Source: an uncultured archaeon
GTDB taxonomy: Archaea; Aenigmatarchaeota; Aenigmatarchaeia; Aenigmatarchaeales; Aenigmatarchaeaceae
NCBI GenBank assembly: GCA_964348065.1
Contig: CAYGBE010000214.1
Span: forward strand, 2,572 to 66,571
Direction of reading: 5' to 3'
Length of the DNA: 64,000 nucleotides
The position numbers were made by a program, and so were the translations under genes. Shown in pieces: positions 45,357 to 53,687 of the stretch (position 1 is its first letter; every line of letters begins with the position of its first letter). The notes below the pieces were generated by a model that did no database searches, had not been told where the DNA came from, and worked only from the letters and a program-made list of their open reading frames with translations.

Positions 45357-47147
45357 ATGAAAGCACAAGCAGATGTTTTGTTTGAAGTAGCTTTTGAAGT
45401 ATGTAATAAAGTCGGTGGAATATATGCTGTTCTTGAGTCAAAGGCTGCAAGAATGGTTGAAACTTATAAAAAGAATTACTTTGCTATAGGTCCTTACTAT
45501 CCTGAAAGAGCTATTTTAGAAACAATAAAACAAAAACCCCCAAAATTTTGTGAAAAAGTTTTTTCTGGTTTAAATAAAAAAGGAATTAAATGCCATTACA
45601 GACAGTGGCTCGTTGAAGGAAAACCAAATGTAATACTAGTTGAATTTGATGATTTATTAGAAAAAGTTAATGATATAAAAAAAGAGCTATGGAAAAATTA
45701 TAAGATTGATTCTTGGGAAACTAAGTTTGATTTTGATGAGCCTGTTGCTTGGGCAACCACAGTTGGAATGCTTATAGAAAAAATGATTCCTTGTTTTGAA
45801 AATAAAAAAATTGTTGCTCATTTTCATGAATGGTTGTCTGGAGCTGCTTTATTATACTTAAAAAATAATATTCCCACTGTTTTTACAACACATGCAACAA
45901 TGTTGGGAAGAACAATAGCTGGTTGGGGAGATGATTTGTACAAAGAAGTTGATGAAGCGCTTAATAAAAACATTTCAATAAACCCAAAAAGATCTTATAA
46001 ATATGGTGTTCAGGCAAAACATCAAATGGAAAAAGTTTGTGCTGAAAACTGTAATGTTTTTTCAACAACATCTGAAATAACAGCTAGAGAAGCAAATTAC
46101 ATACTAGGAAAAAGACCTGATATAATATTGCCAAATGGTTTGGATATTGATAAATTCCCAACAATGGAAGATTTTGTTTTATTGCATAGAAAATATAGAG
46201 CAAAAATTAAAAACTTCCTAAGTGCTTATTTCAATCCTTATTATAAAACAGATCTTTGGGATGCAATGTTTTTCTTTACATCAGGAAGATACGAATTCAG
46301 AAATAAAGGTTATGATATATTCATAGAATCTTTAGGAAAACTTAATGAAAAAATGAAAAAAGAAAAAGTTAAGAAAAATGTTTTTGTTTTTTTCTTTGTT
46401 CCCAGGTCAGACGCAAGGGAAAATATAGAACTGATGGAAAGTACTCAATTATTTGATGATATGAGGGAAACTGTAATTGATGAATTGCCATTTATAGAAG
46501 AAAAAATTTTAGATTTACTTACAAAAGGCAGAATGCCAAAAATGAAAGTTATATTTAGAAAAGAATTTTTAGAAGAGTGTAAAAGAAAAATATCTGCTTT
46601 TAAGAGAAAAGGAAATCCTCCGCTTTCTGCTTATATTGTTGATAAAGATGATTTAATTGTAAATGCTTTTAAGAAAAATAATCTTTTGAATAAAATTGAT
46701 GATAAAGTTAGGGTTATTTTCTATCCTTCTTATTTATCTACAACAGATAGACTATTAAGTTTGAATTATGAACAAGCTGTTCAAGGATGTCATTTAGGTG
46801 TCTTTCCATCATATTATGAACCCTGGGGATACACTCCTTTAGAATGTGCTGCAAATGGAGTTTTATCAATAACATCTGATTTTGCTGGTTTTGGAATATT
46901 TATTAGAGAAAATTCCGATCAAAGCAAAAAACCCGGAATAATGGTCTTGGGGAGGGATGGAAAAATTCGTGAAGAAGTTGTTGAAAAATTGTATGAAATG
47001 TTATGGAATGTTGTTACAATGAACAGAAAAGAAAGAATACCTAAGAAAGCTATAGCAAAAGACTTGGCCGCTTTAGCTGACTGGAAAAATTTAGTTAATA
47101 GCTATATTCAATCTCATAACATGGCTTTAGAAAGATTTAAAAAATAG
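45357..47147 (+). CDS. glycogen synthase, GT3 (eukaryote-like) family
   Basis: 596 aa. The N-terminal FEVAFEVCNKVGGIYAVLESKA mirrors the GT3 signature E-x-[AS]-W-E-V-x-N-K-V-GGIYTV. The C-terminal GVFPSYYEPWGYTPLECAANGV is also family-typical. Confidence 0.75.
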   Translation: MKAQADVLFEVAFEVCNKVGGIYAVLESKAARMVETYKKNYFAIGPYYPERAILETIKQKPPKFCEKVFSGLNKKGIKCHYRQWLVEGKPNVILVEFDDLLEKVNDIKKELWKNYKIDSWETKFDFDEPVAWATTVGMLIEKMIPCFENKKIVAHFHEWLSGAALLYLKNNIPTVFTTHATMLGRTIAGWGDDLYKEVDEALNKNISINPKRSYKYGVQAKHQMEKVCAENCNVFSTTSEITAREANYILGKRPDIILPNGLDIDKFPTMEDFVLLHRKYRAKIKNFLSAYFNPYYKTDLWDAMFFFTSGRYEFRNKGYDIFIESLGKLNEKMKKEKVKKNVFVFFFVPRSDARENIELMESTQLFDDMRETVIDELPFIEEKILDLLTKGRMPKMKVIFRKEFLEECKRKISAFKRKGNPPLSAYIVDKDDLIVNAFKKNNLLNKIDDKVRVIFYPSYLSTTDRLLSLNYEQAVQGCHLGVFPSYYEPWGYTPLECAANGVLSITSDFAGFGIFIRENSDQSKKPGIMVLGRDGKIREEVVEKLYEMLWNVVTMNRKERIPKKAIAKDLAALADWKNLVNSYIQSHNMALERFKK

Positions 47148-47154
47148 AAGATTA

Positions 47155-47529
47155 TTACCTTATAACCAGAGGCTCACATAATTGAACAGTTAGAGATTCG
47201 TTGGATTTTCTATTTATTGCTCTTCTATTTTGGTTTTTAATGTCTATTATTTTTTTCAATCTTCCAGCAGTTTTAACAGGAACAGAATAATATACTCTTC
47301 TAGGTCTGTCATTATCAGGATATTCTCTTCTTGAACTAACATAACCTTTTTCTTCTAACTCATGTAATAATGGATAAACTTCAGAAGGACCAAAAGGAAT
47401 CCCATAATCTTGTTTAAGCTCAATAATAAGCTTGTAACCATGTACAGGTCCTCTTAATATGTTTCTTAAAAATATTTCTTCCATGTTAGCTTTTAAATCC
47501 TTTCTAATTATTTGTCTTTCTGTTCGCAT
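47155..47529 (-). CDS. PadR-family transcriptional regulator
   Basis: 124 aa. ILRGPVHGYKLIIELKQDYGIPFGPSEVYPLLHELEEKGYVSS. Confidence 0.7.
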   Translation of the reverse strand: MRTERQIIRKDLKANMEEIFLRNILRGPVHGYKLIIELKQDYGIPFGPSEVYPLLHELEEKGYVSSRREYPDNDRPRRVYYSVPVKTAGRLKKIIDIKNQNRRAINRKSNESLTVQLCEPLVIR

Positions 47530-47616
47530 AATTTATCACCAGTTAATAGTCATAATAATAATATGGAATAAATTGTAGAAAAAGAAAATTTACCCCCACG
47601 GCAGTAAAAAACACTA

Positions 47617-48051
47617 TTAATATTTTTTCAGATGTCCATGACTATATTTTTCAAATATTGTAAGAAATGCTAACTTACCTCTTCCAGTATTAACAACTCT
47701 ATGATACTTGTTAATAGGAACAGTAACTATGTCTCCTTTTTTAATATTAATTCTCTTCTTATCAACAATTATATGTCCTCTACCTTTCAAAAAAATATAA
47801 AGTTCTTCAGCATTATGCTTATGACCTCTGGTCATTTTAAACTCAGAATTAACCTTTCCAGGATATAGAAAATTCATGCAAAGAATAATTTTCTTTAAAC
47901 CAGTTTTTTTAACAGGCAAGTCAATTAGAACCTCATTAATATCGTTTTCATGACCTTTAATATTCTTGTAGATATTCTTATCACCTATGACTGCATCTTT
48001 AACTTTCATTTTTAAGATCTTACCCTTGAATTTGTTTATATTAAATTTCAT
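47617..48051 (-). CDS. cupin-domain protein, possible cupin-type sugar-phosphate isomerase
   Basis: 144 aa. Cupin motifs TRGHKHNAEELYIFLKGRG and GDIVTVPINKYHRVVNTG. A 4-nt overlap with tpiA in the fbp operon suggests a glycolytic role, but it is shorter than known cupin-type PGIs. Confidence 0.45.
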   Translation of the reverse strand: MKFNINKFKGKILKMKVKDAVIGDKNIYKNIKGHENDINEVLIDLPVKKTGLKKIILCMNFLYPGKVNSEFKMTRGHKHNAEELYIFLKGRGHIIVDKKRINIKKGDIVTVPINKYHRVVNTGRGKLAFLTIFEKYSHGHLKKY

Positions 48052-48716
48052 AACATACCCATTATTAATTCTTCCATAGCTTTCTCAACGTTTCCTGCTT
48101 TAACAACTCCTGATGCTAAAATAACTCCTTTTGCTCCAAGCTCAAGTGCTTTTTTAACATCTTCTCTTGTTTTGATTCCAGCTCCACAAAGAACATAAGT
48201 TCTTGGAGAAATTTTCTTAACAGAATTAACAGAATTTTTAATTATTTCTGGTTTGGCAGTTGAAACAGAAATGTCTCCTCCTATTAATTCTGGCGGTTCA
48301 ACTGCAATAAAATCTGGTTTGAATTCTGCTAATTTCTTTGCTTCTTCAATATCTTTTGCGCAAACAATTGATACTAAATCATACTCTTTACATAAATCAA
48401 CACATTTCTTAATGTCTTCATGAGGAATTCTTTTTTCAGAATGATTAATTAAAGAACCAATTGCTCCTAATTTTTTTACTTCTTTGGCAAGTAAAGCTCC
48501 TGTGTGAGCTCCAGGTTCATAAGGATCTATATGTTGAGAAACTGTTAGAGTTATTTCAGCAACTTCATTTAATAAAGGAGCGGGAGGAGCAATTAAAATA
48601 TTTACTTTGTGTTTATCTGTTAATTTTTTAGCAATTTGTGCAAACTTCATAGGGTTTTCTCCAAGAACTTGCTCATATCCTTTCAAATTAATTATTAAAA
48701 TAGGGGGCTTTAACAT
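48048..48716 (-). CDS. tpiA: triosephosphate isomerase, archaeal type
   Basis: 222 aa. N-terminus PILIINLKGY, then INHSEKR and VEPPELIGG. Confidence 0.85.
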   Translation of the reverse strand: MLKPPILIINLKGYEQVLGENPMKFAQIAKKLTDKHKVNILIAPPAPLLNEVAEITLTVSQHIDPYEPGAHTGALLAKEVKKLGAIGSLINHSEKRIPHEDIKKCVDLCKEYDLVSIVCAKDIEEAKKLAEFKPDFIAVEPPELIGGDISVSTAKPEIIKNSVNSVKKISPRTYVLCGAGIKTREDVKKALELGAKGVILASGVVKAGNVEKAMEELIMGML

Positions 48717-49810
48717 TATATATCCTTGAATCTATTTTTTAGTTTTTCTTTTACTGCGGGTAATGTTGTGTATTCCATTTCATCTGCTCCTAGTCTGTGT
48801 GGTTCGAATGGTCCTTGTCTTCTTAGAATATCTGCAATTTTTAATGCTTCCCATCTAGCTTTGTCAAATGATTTGTCTTTGAGCATATCTCTTGGTGTAC
48901 CTAACATTCCATTAGCTAATTGAAAACCTAATGCCATAACTCTAGGTGGTCCATCAAATCTTGATGGTGTGGCATCTTCAACAGCCACAGGCATGAATGG
49001 ACCATGATGACTTCCTCTCATCCAACCAGCAACAATCCATGGGTGTGCAAATGCTTCTAAAACTTCTCCTACTGCTGGTAAGCCATGTTGTGCTCTTACA
49101 AACATAACTGGATCATCTTTTCCAACATATTTTCCTGCAATTAAACTCAATCTACTTGTAGATGTGGAAACTGCATATAATTTATCCGAAGTTCTGCAAA
49201 CATGTTTTATAACATATCTTCCAGGTTGTCCGATCAATGCTAATAAATCATAAATCTCTTCAGGACATTTTAATTCAACTTTCTTATTTTTTATAACATC
49301 ATGAACTTCAAAAGTAAATCCTCCGTGCATATTGGAATCAATAACTAGACCTGCTGTTGAGAATGGATCTGCAAACATTTTGTATAAAGGAATGTTCCAT
49401 GCTCCTGGTTCTGTTTTGTCTGCCATAAAAATAATAACTGGTTCTGATTTTCTTTCTTCGAATTCCAACTCCGCAACACCTGGTCCCATTCCTTTTAGAT
49501 TTCCTGAGAAAGTGTCTTTTAACAAATCTTGACCAGCTCCATAAAGTTTTAGTTCTTTTGCTTTTTCTGTGCATTTTTTGAAAACATTCCAAGCCATAGC
49601 ATGTACATCTTTATTATCAACACCATGCTGATGAGTCATTATTAGTTGTAAATCATCTCCGCAAGCTGTCACATAAAAATCAATAATAAAACCTTTGTTT
49701 TTCTCATCTTGAAGAATGTTTCTTGCCATTTCAAGAATTTCTGGATGACTTGAAGAATGTCCAACATATCCTCCTATATCAGCTTTAATAACGCTTAGCG
49801 TAATTTTCAT
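48716..49810 (-). CDS. fbp: fructose-1,6-bisphosphate aldolase/phosphatase (class V FBPase)
   Basis: 364 aa. MKITLSVIKADIGGYVGHSSSHPE and the C-terminal GSHHGPFMPV blocks are characteristic. Confidence 0.9.
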   Translation of the reverse strand: MKITLSVIKADIGGYVGHSSSHPEILEMARNILQDEKNKGFIIDFYVTACGDDLQLIMTHQHGVDNKDVHAMAWNVFKKCTEKAKELKLYGAGQDLLKDTFSGNLKGMGPGVAELEFEERKSEPVIIFMADKTEPGAWNIPLYKMFADPFSTAGLVIDSNMHGGFTFEVHDVIKNKKVELKCPEEIYDLLALIGQPGRYVIKHVCRTSDKLYAVSTSTSRLSLIAGKYVGKDDPVMFVRAQHGLPAVGEVLEAFAHPWIVAGWMRGSHHGPFMPVAVEDATPSRFDGPPRVMALGFQLANGMLGTPRDMLKDKSFDKARWEALKIADILRRQGPFEPHRLGADEMEYTTLPAVKEKLKNRFKDI

Positions 49811-49933
49811 ACATTACAAATTGTAAAGGTTTAATATAAAGATTTCTTAAGGAGGTGCGGAGCCTGCTACAGACTCGAGATTAAGAGCAGTAACATTAAA
49901 ATGATTGTAAAGATTATAAAAATAGAATTTAAA

Positions 49934-51040
49934 TTATGGTAAAATTATTTCTCCTGTTTTGTTTAACCTATTACTATATGGCATCCCAGGAGTTCTGACT
50001 GGTGTAAGCGTGAGAGACATGTTAATATAAGGTTGTAGTGCAGATCCCTGGGGTATCTCAAAAACAACATGACCATTAGAGCCTGGTTGGATAAAAGGCG
50101 CAGAACAGTTCGTGACTGTTGCATGAATATATTGCCCTTTAAGCATTTGCACCAAAGCATCGCTCCAGTCGACTGGTTGAAAGAGAGGTGTTGGAACAGC
50201 ACGTGTGAGCTCTCCAACATATTTGTTTCCGATGTGTATTTTTTCAATGCTCTTTGCTAGAGTAAAATATTTTATATGTCCTCCAAATGTTGGAACGGAT
50301 CTATCACACAAATTTATCTCTAAAAAATTATTCTTGGAATATAAAATTCCATTCTTATCTTCCGAATCGTTGAAATATTTCACCACTGGATCTATTGTGA
50401 GACCTAGTCTTGCTTCTTCTATTTTCATAATTCTATGGAGTTTTTTTTCGGTAATTCCTGGAGCCGTCACGAGAAGCATGTCTGGCTTTATTTGATCATG
50501 CTCATCAAAGTATCCAAAATCATCTCTGCTTAAGCGATTAAATTCTTCAGCTGTTAAAGGTATAGTGTCAGGTTCTTTAAAAACAAGCTGTGTTATGCTT
50601 TCTCCTTTTTTTACAACATTTGAAATGAAAGGAACTATGACTTCTGTAGGTGTTTTATCTTCAATCGATTCAGCTAATTGAAATATACCTCTTCTTGCTG
50701 CTGAACTTCTTTTCACTAGTCTAGACTCGAAAGGTTCAGACTGAATCTTTTCATGGTGTTTTACCATATACCACCGATATTTTCTTAGCAAGTATCCGTC
50801 ATCCAAAGCATCTGGACGCTTGGTTTTCCAACAAACAAGATCAGCAAGATCCTTGAGTGTATAACATCCAAGATTATACAAGTCTTCGAATACTTCTTTA
50901 GGATATTTCATCTCTAGCTCTAAGATTTCATCTACAGTTAAATCTACAGATATTGGTCCTATATTTGTAGGTCTCGGCTCTATGATAATTCTGCCTGAAT
51001 CTATTTCTTCTTCTATGTCGACATTTGAAAGGATAGCCAT
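49934..51040 (-). CDS. long-form dCTP deaminase-like protein (two dUTPase-fold halves)
   Basis: 368 aa. The N-terminal ILSNVDIEEEIDSGRIIIEPRPTNIGPISVDLTV and KRSSAARRGI...ITQLVF match dCTP deaminase. The second half again has a PFIQPGSNGHVVFEI-type block. The size is about double a normal Dcd. Confidence 0.55.
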   Translation of the reverse strand: MAILSNVDIEEEIDSGRIIIEPRPTNIGPISVDLTVDEILELEMKYPKEVFEDLYNLGCYTLKDLADLVCWKTKRPDALDDGYLLRKYRWYMVKHHEKIQSEPFESRLVKRSSAARRGIFQLAESIEDKTPTEVIVPFISNVVKKGESITQLVFKEPDTIPLTAEEFNRLSRDDFGYFDEHDQIKPDMLLVTAPGITEKKLHRIMKIEEARLGLTIDPVVKYFNDSEDKNGILYSKNNFLEINLCDRSVPTFGGHIKYFTLAKSIEKIHIGNKYVGELTRAVPTPLFQPVDWSDALVQMLKGQYIHATVTNCSAPFIQPGSNGHVVFEIPQGSALQPYINMSLTLTPVRTPGMPYSNRLNKTGEIILP

Positions 51041-51088
51041 GAAATCACAAAATTAAAATATAACAGATAAGATTTAAATTCTTATTAG

Positions 51089-51122
51089 TGCGGAGGGCAG
51101 GATTTGAACCTGCGAATCCATT
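51089..51122 (-). other. orphan tRNA 3' half (perfect T-arm plus 3' acceptor strand and discriminator)
   Basis: The minus strand reads AATGG-ATTC-GCAGG-TTCAAAT-CCTGC-CCTCCGC-A. The 5-bp T-stem is perfect and the T-loop is canonical. No GCGGAGG 5' acceptor strand, D-arm or anticodon arm lies upstream. Confidence 0.45.
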
Positions 51123-51173
51123 ACTAGAGCAATACAAATATATTAAAGTATAGAGTATTCTTATTAGAGAAAA

Positions 51174-52643
51174 ATGTTTGATTCAATAAGATTTGTTAAG
51201 GAAAATAAAACTGTTTACAAAATTCTAATTAATGGAAAATGGAAAGAATCTTCTAATAAAAAAACCTTTGAAATTAAAAATCCTGCTGACGGTTCTTTAA
51301 TAGCAGAGGTTCAGAAAGCTAGTAAAAAAGATGCTGAAAAGGCCGTTAAAGCTGCTTTTAAAGCAAAATCAAAAATAGCAAACATGAATGCCTCTGAAAG
51401 GGGAGATATTTTAGATAAAATGGGAAATTTATTAGAACAACACAAAGAAGAATTCATAGACATAATTATGAAAGAATCTGGAAAAACAAGAAAACTAGCT
51501 GAAGGAGAACTTCATGCTTCAATAGGAAGACTACATTACGCGTCTGATGAGGCAAAGGAAATAAGAGGAGAACTAATAAAAGGTGATATTGCGGGTAAAA
51601 AAGATTCAATGGGAATGGTTATTAGACAGCCTTTAGGTGTTTTATTAGCAATAACACCATTTAATTATCCTTTGTTTACAGGGATTGCAAAAATATCTCC
51701 TGGAATAGCAGCTGGAAATTCAATTGTAGTTAAACCTGCAAGTGCTGATCCTATATGTTTGTTAATGTTTGGAAAAATTATGCAAGAAGCTGGTTTACCA
51801 AATGGTGTAGTAAATATAGTCACAGGATCAAGCTCAGAAATAGGGGATTACTTGTGTTCTCACCCTAAGATTGATATGATTTCATTCACAGGAAGTAGTG
51901 CAGTTGGAAAACACATAGCATCTATTGCTGGAATGAAAAAACTACATTTAGAATTAGGAGGAAAAGCACCAGCAATTGTTTTAGAAGATTGTAATTTTGA
52001 TATAGCTGTTAAAGAAGTTGCAATTGGTTCTTTAAAGTTCTCAGGCCAAAGATGTGATTCAATAAGCAGGGTTTTAGTTGTAGAATCAATAGCTGATAAA
52101 TTTGTTAATGCCATGTTAGAAGAAGTTAAAAAATGGAAACTTGGAAATCCCGGAGACCCAGAAACTGTTGTTGGACCTTTGATAAATGAAGTTGCTGCCA
52201 AAAAAGTTGAAGAATTAGTTAATGATGCTGTTAAAAAAGGTGCAAAACTTTTACATGGTGGGAAAAAATATGATCATGGATATTTTGAACCAACAGTTCT
52301 AGATTTTATTAACAGAGATATGAGAATTGCTTGGGAAGAAACATTTGGACCTGTTGTTACAATTATAAGGGTTAAAGATTATGAAGAGGCAATCGAACTA
52401 GCAAATGAATCTGAATATGGTTTGGATGCTTGTATATTTACACAAGACATTGATAAAGCACTTGATGCAGGTCAAAGAATTGAAGCTGGTTCTGTTCATA
52501 TAAATGCTCATCCAACTCATGGTTTAGGTGTATTTCCATTTGGTGGGGACGAAAGCTCTGGAGTAGGTAGAGAGGGAATTAAATACAGCATAGAAGATAT
52601 GTCAAAGGTTCATGTTATGGTTTTACATTCTCATAAAGAATGA
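51174..52643 (+). CDS. aldehyde dehydrogenase, GAPN-like (non-phosphorylating glyceraldehyde-3-phosphate dehydrogenase candidate)
   Basis: 489 aa. ALDH blocks LELGGKAP, the catalytic FSGQRCDS and EETFGPV. Substrate is inferred only from the glycolytic neighbourhood. Confidence 0.65.
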   Translation: MFDSIRFVKENKTVYKILINGKWKESSNKKTFEIKNPADGSLIAEVQKASKKDAEKAVKAAFKAKSKIANMNASERGDILDKMGNLLEQHKEEFIDIIMKESGKTRKLAEGELHASIGRLHYASDEAKEIRGELIKGDIAGKKDSMGMVIRQPLGVLLAITPFNYPLFTGIAKISPGIAAGNSIVVKPASADPICLLMFGKIMQEAGLPNGVVNIVTGSSSEIGDYLCSHPKIDMISFTGSSAVGKHIASIAGMKKLHLELGGKAPAIVLEDCNFDIAVKEVAIGSLKFSGQRCDSISRVLVVESIADKFVNAMLEEVKKWKLGNPGDPETVVGPLINEVAAKKVEELVNDAVKKGAKLLHGGKKYDHGYFEPTVLDFINRDMRIAWEETFGPVVTIIRVKDYEEAIELANESEYGLDACIFTQDIDKALDAGQRIEAGSVHINAHPTHGLGVFPFGGDESSGVGREGIKYSIEDMSKVHVMVLHSHKE

Positions 52644-53657
52644 TTATTTCATTTTTAAAACAAAAATTTCTTCTGGAGTTAGGGCTTTATTATAAATTCT
52701 TACTGAATCTATTACCCCGTTGAAATAATGATCCCATATTCCACCAACAGTAACAGGCCCAAAGTCTTGCATAAGATCGTAATCAAATGCTCCGTTGCCA
52801 AAAAGATTATCATTTATGTAAAAATAAAATGTTGGTCTTTTGAAACTAAAACAGGCATAATACCATTTGTTAAGCTCTAAATTAGTATCCCATTTCGTGT
52901 TATTATAAATGACATCATTATAGTAAACATAAGTGTACATGTCACCTGGTCTTTCACAAAACCTCATTAAATGTGGTCTGTTTCGAGATACAATTGAAGC
53001 ATAGTTGATATAAGAATTCAGTTTAAACAATGCGCATGAAGTAAACTCTGTGTAATGTAGACTTTCTGAATCAAGAATTTCAACATATTCATTAGTTCCG
53101 TCAAACTCTAAAGCTTTCCCAAATTTACCATTAACCCAATCTTCAGGTTCCATATTTATTAAAGTTCCATCATTCCTATATCCAGATTTGTCATAAGCCA
53201 TTGTTCCTGAACCTTCATCAAAATCTAAAACTAAAACAGCAGAATCTGGTAAAATGGCTTCCACCTTCTGGATAATTTGTAAGCTTGGATTAGATATTTT
53301 TATATCATGGTCTCCTCTACCTAGTCCTAATATGTCAGCTGTTATAGTTCCTATTTCACCTTTTCTTACAGTTTCAGGAGTCATATTAAATTCAAGGGGC
53401 TCATCATCTAAATAAACATTTAAACTATCATTAACTATTATTCCTTCACCACAATTTTTTATAAAGATTTTGTTTTCATAAACAGACTCTACTATCATGC
53501 AACTAGAAAGAATCTCTCTTGTTCTTTCGGTTCTTTCAGTTCCAGATGTTGTTAATTCCTCAATTGTTCCTGAAGCAAAAAACCAAAAAAGAGTGGCTAT
53601 TGATGTTAAAATCATTATAATTATCAAAAATTGGAAAGCTGCTGTTATGCCACGCAT
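52644..53657 (-). CDS. pilin-signal surface protein with one LamG/ConA-like lectin domain
   Basis: 337 aa. MRG|ITAAFQFLIIIMILTSIATLFWFF, followed by LVLDFDEGSG...NDGTL...GKFGKALEFDGTNEYVEI...FNGVIDSVRIYNKALTPEEI. Confidence 0.6.
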   Translation of the reverse strand: MRGITAAFQFLIIIMILTSIATLFWFFASGTIEELTTSGTERTERTREILSSCMIVESVYENKIFIKNCGEGIIVNDSLNVYLDDEPLEFNMTPETVRKGEIGTITADILGLGRGDHDIKISNPSLQIIQKVEAILPDSAVLVLDFDEGSGTMAYDKSGYRNDGTLINMEPEDWVNGKFGKALEFDGTNEYVEILDSESLHYTEFTSCALFKLNSYINYASIVSRNRPHLMRFCERPGDMYTYVYYNDVIYNNTKWDTNLELNKWYYACFSFKRPTFYFYINDNLFGNGAFDYDLMQDFGPVTVGGIWDHYFNGVIDSVRIYNKALTPEEIFVLKMK

Positions 53658-53687
53658 AATTATAATTAAGATAAGTTAATTATATTT

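Noticed and set aside
49851-49897. GC-rich intergenic island GGAGGTGCGGAGCCTGCTACAGACTCGAGATTAAGAGCAG, considered as the missing 5' tRNA half for the orphan 3' half at 51089-51122
   Set aside because: On the plus strand, GCGGAGC mismatches the required GCGGAGG at position 7. No D-arm (GCTA...TAGC) or anticodon arm can be folded. It is better explained on the minus strand as a truncated copy of the tRNA-end repeat, as described in the findings.
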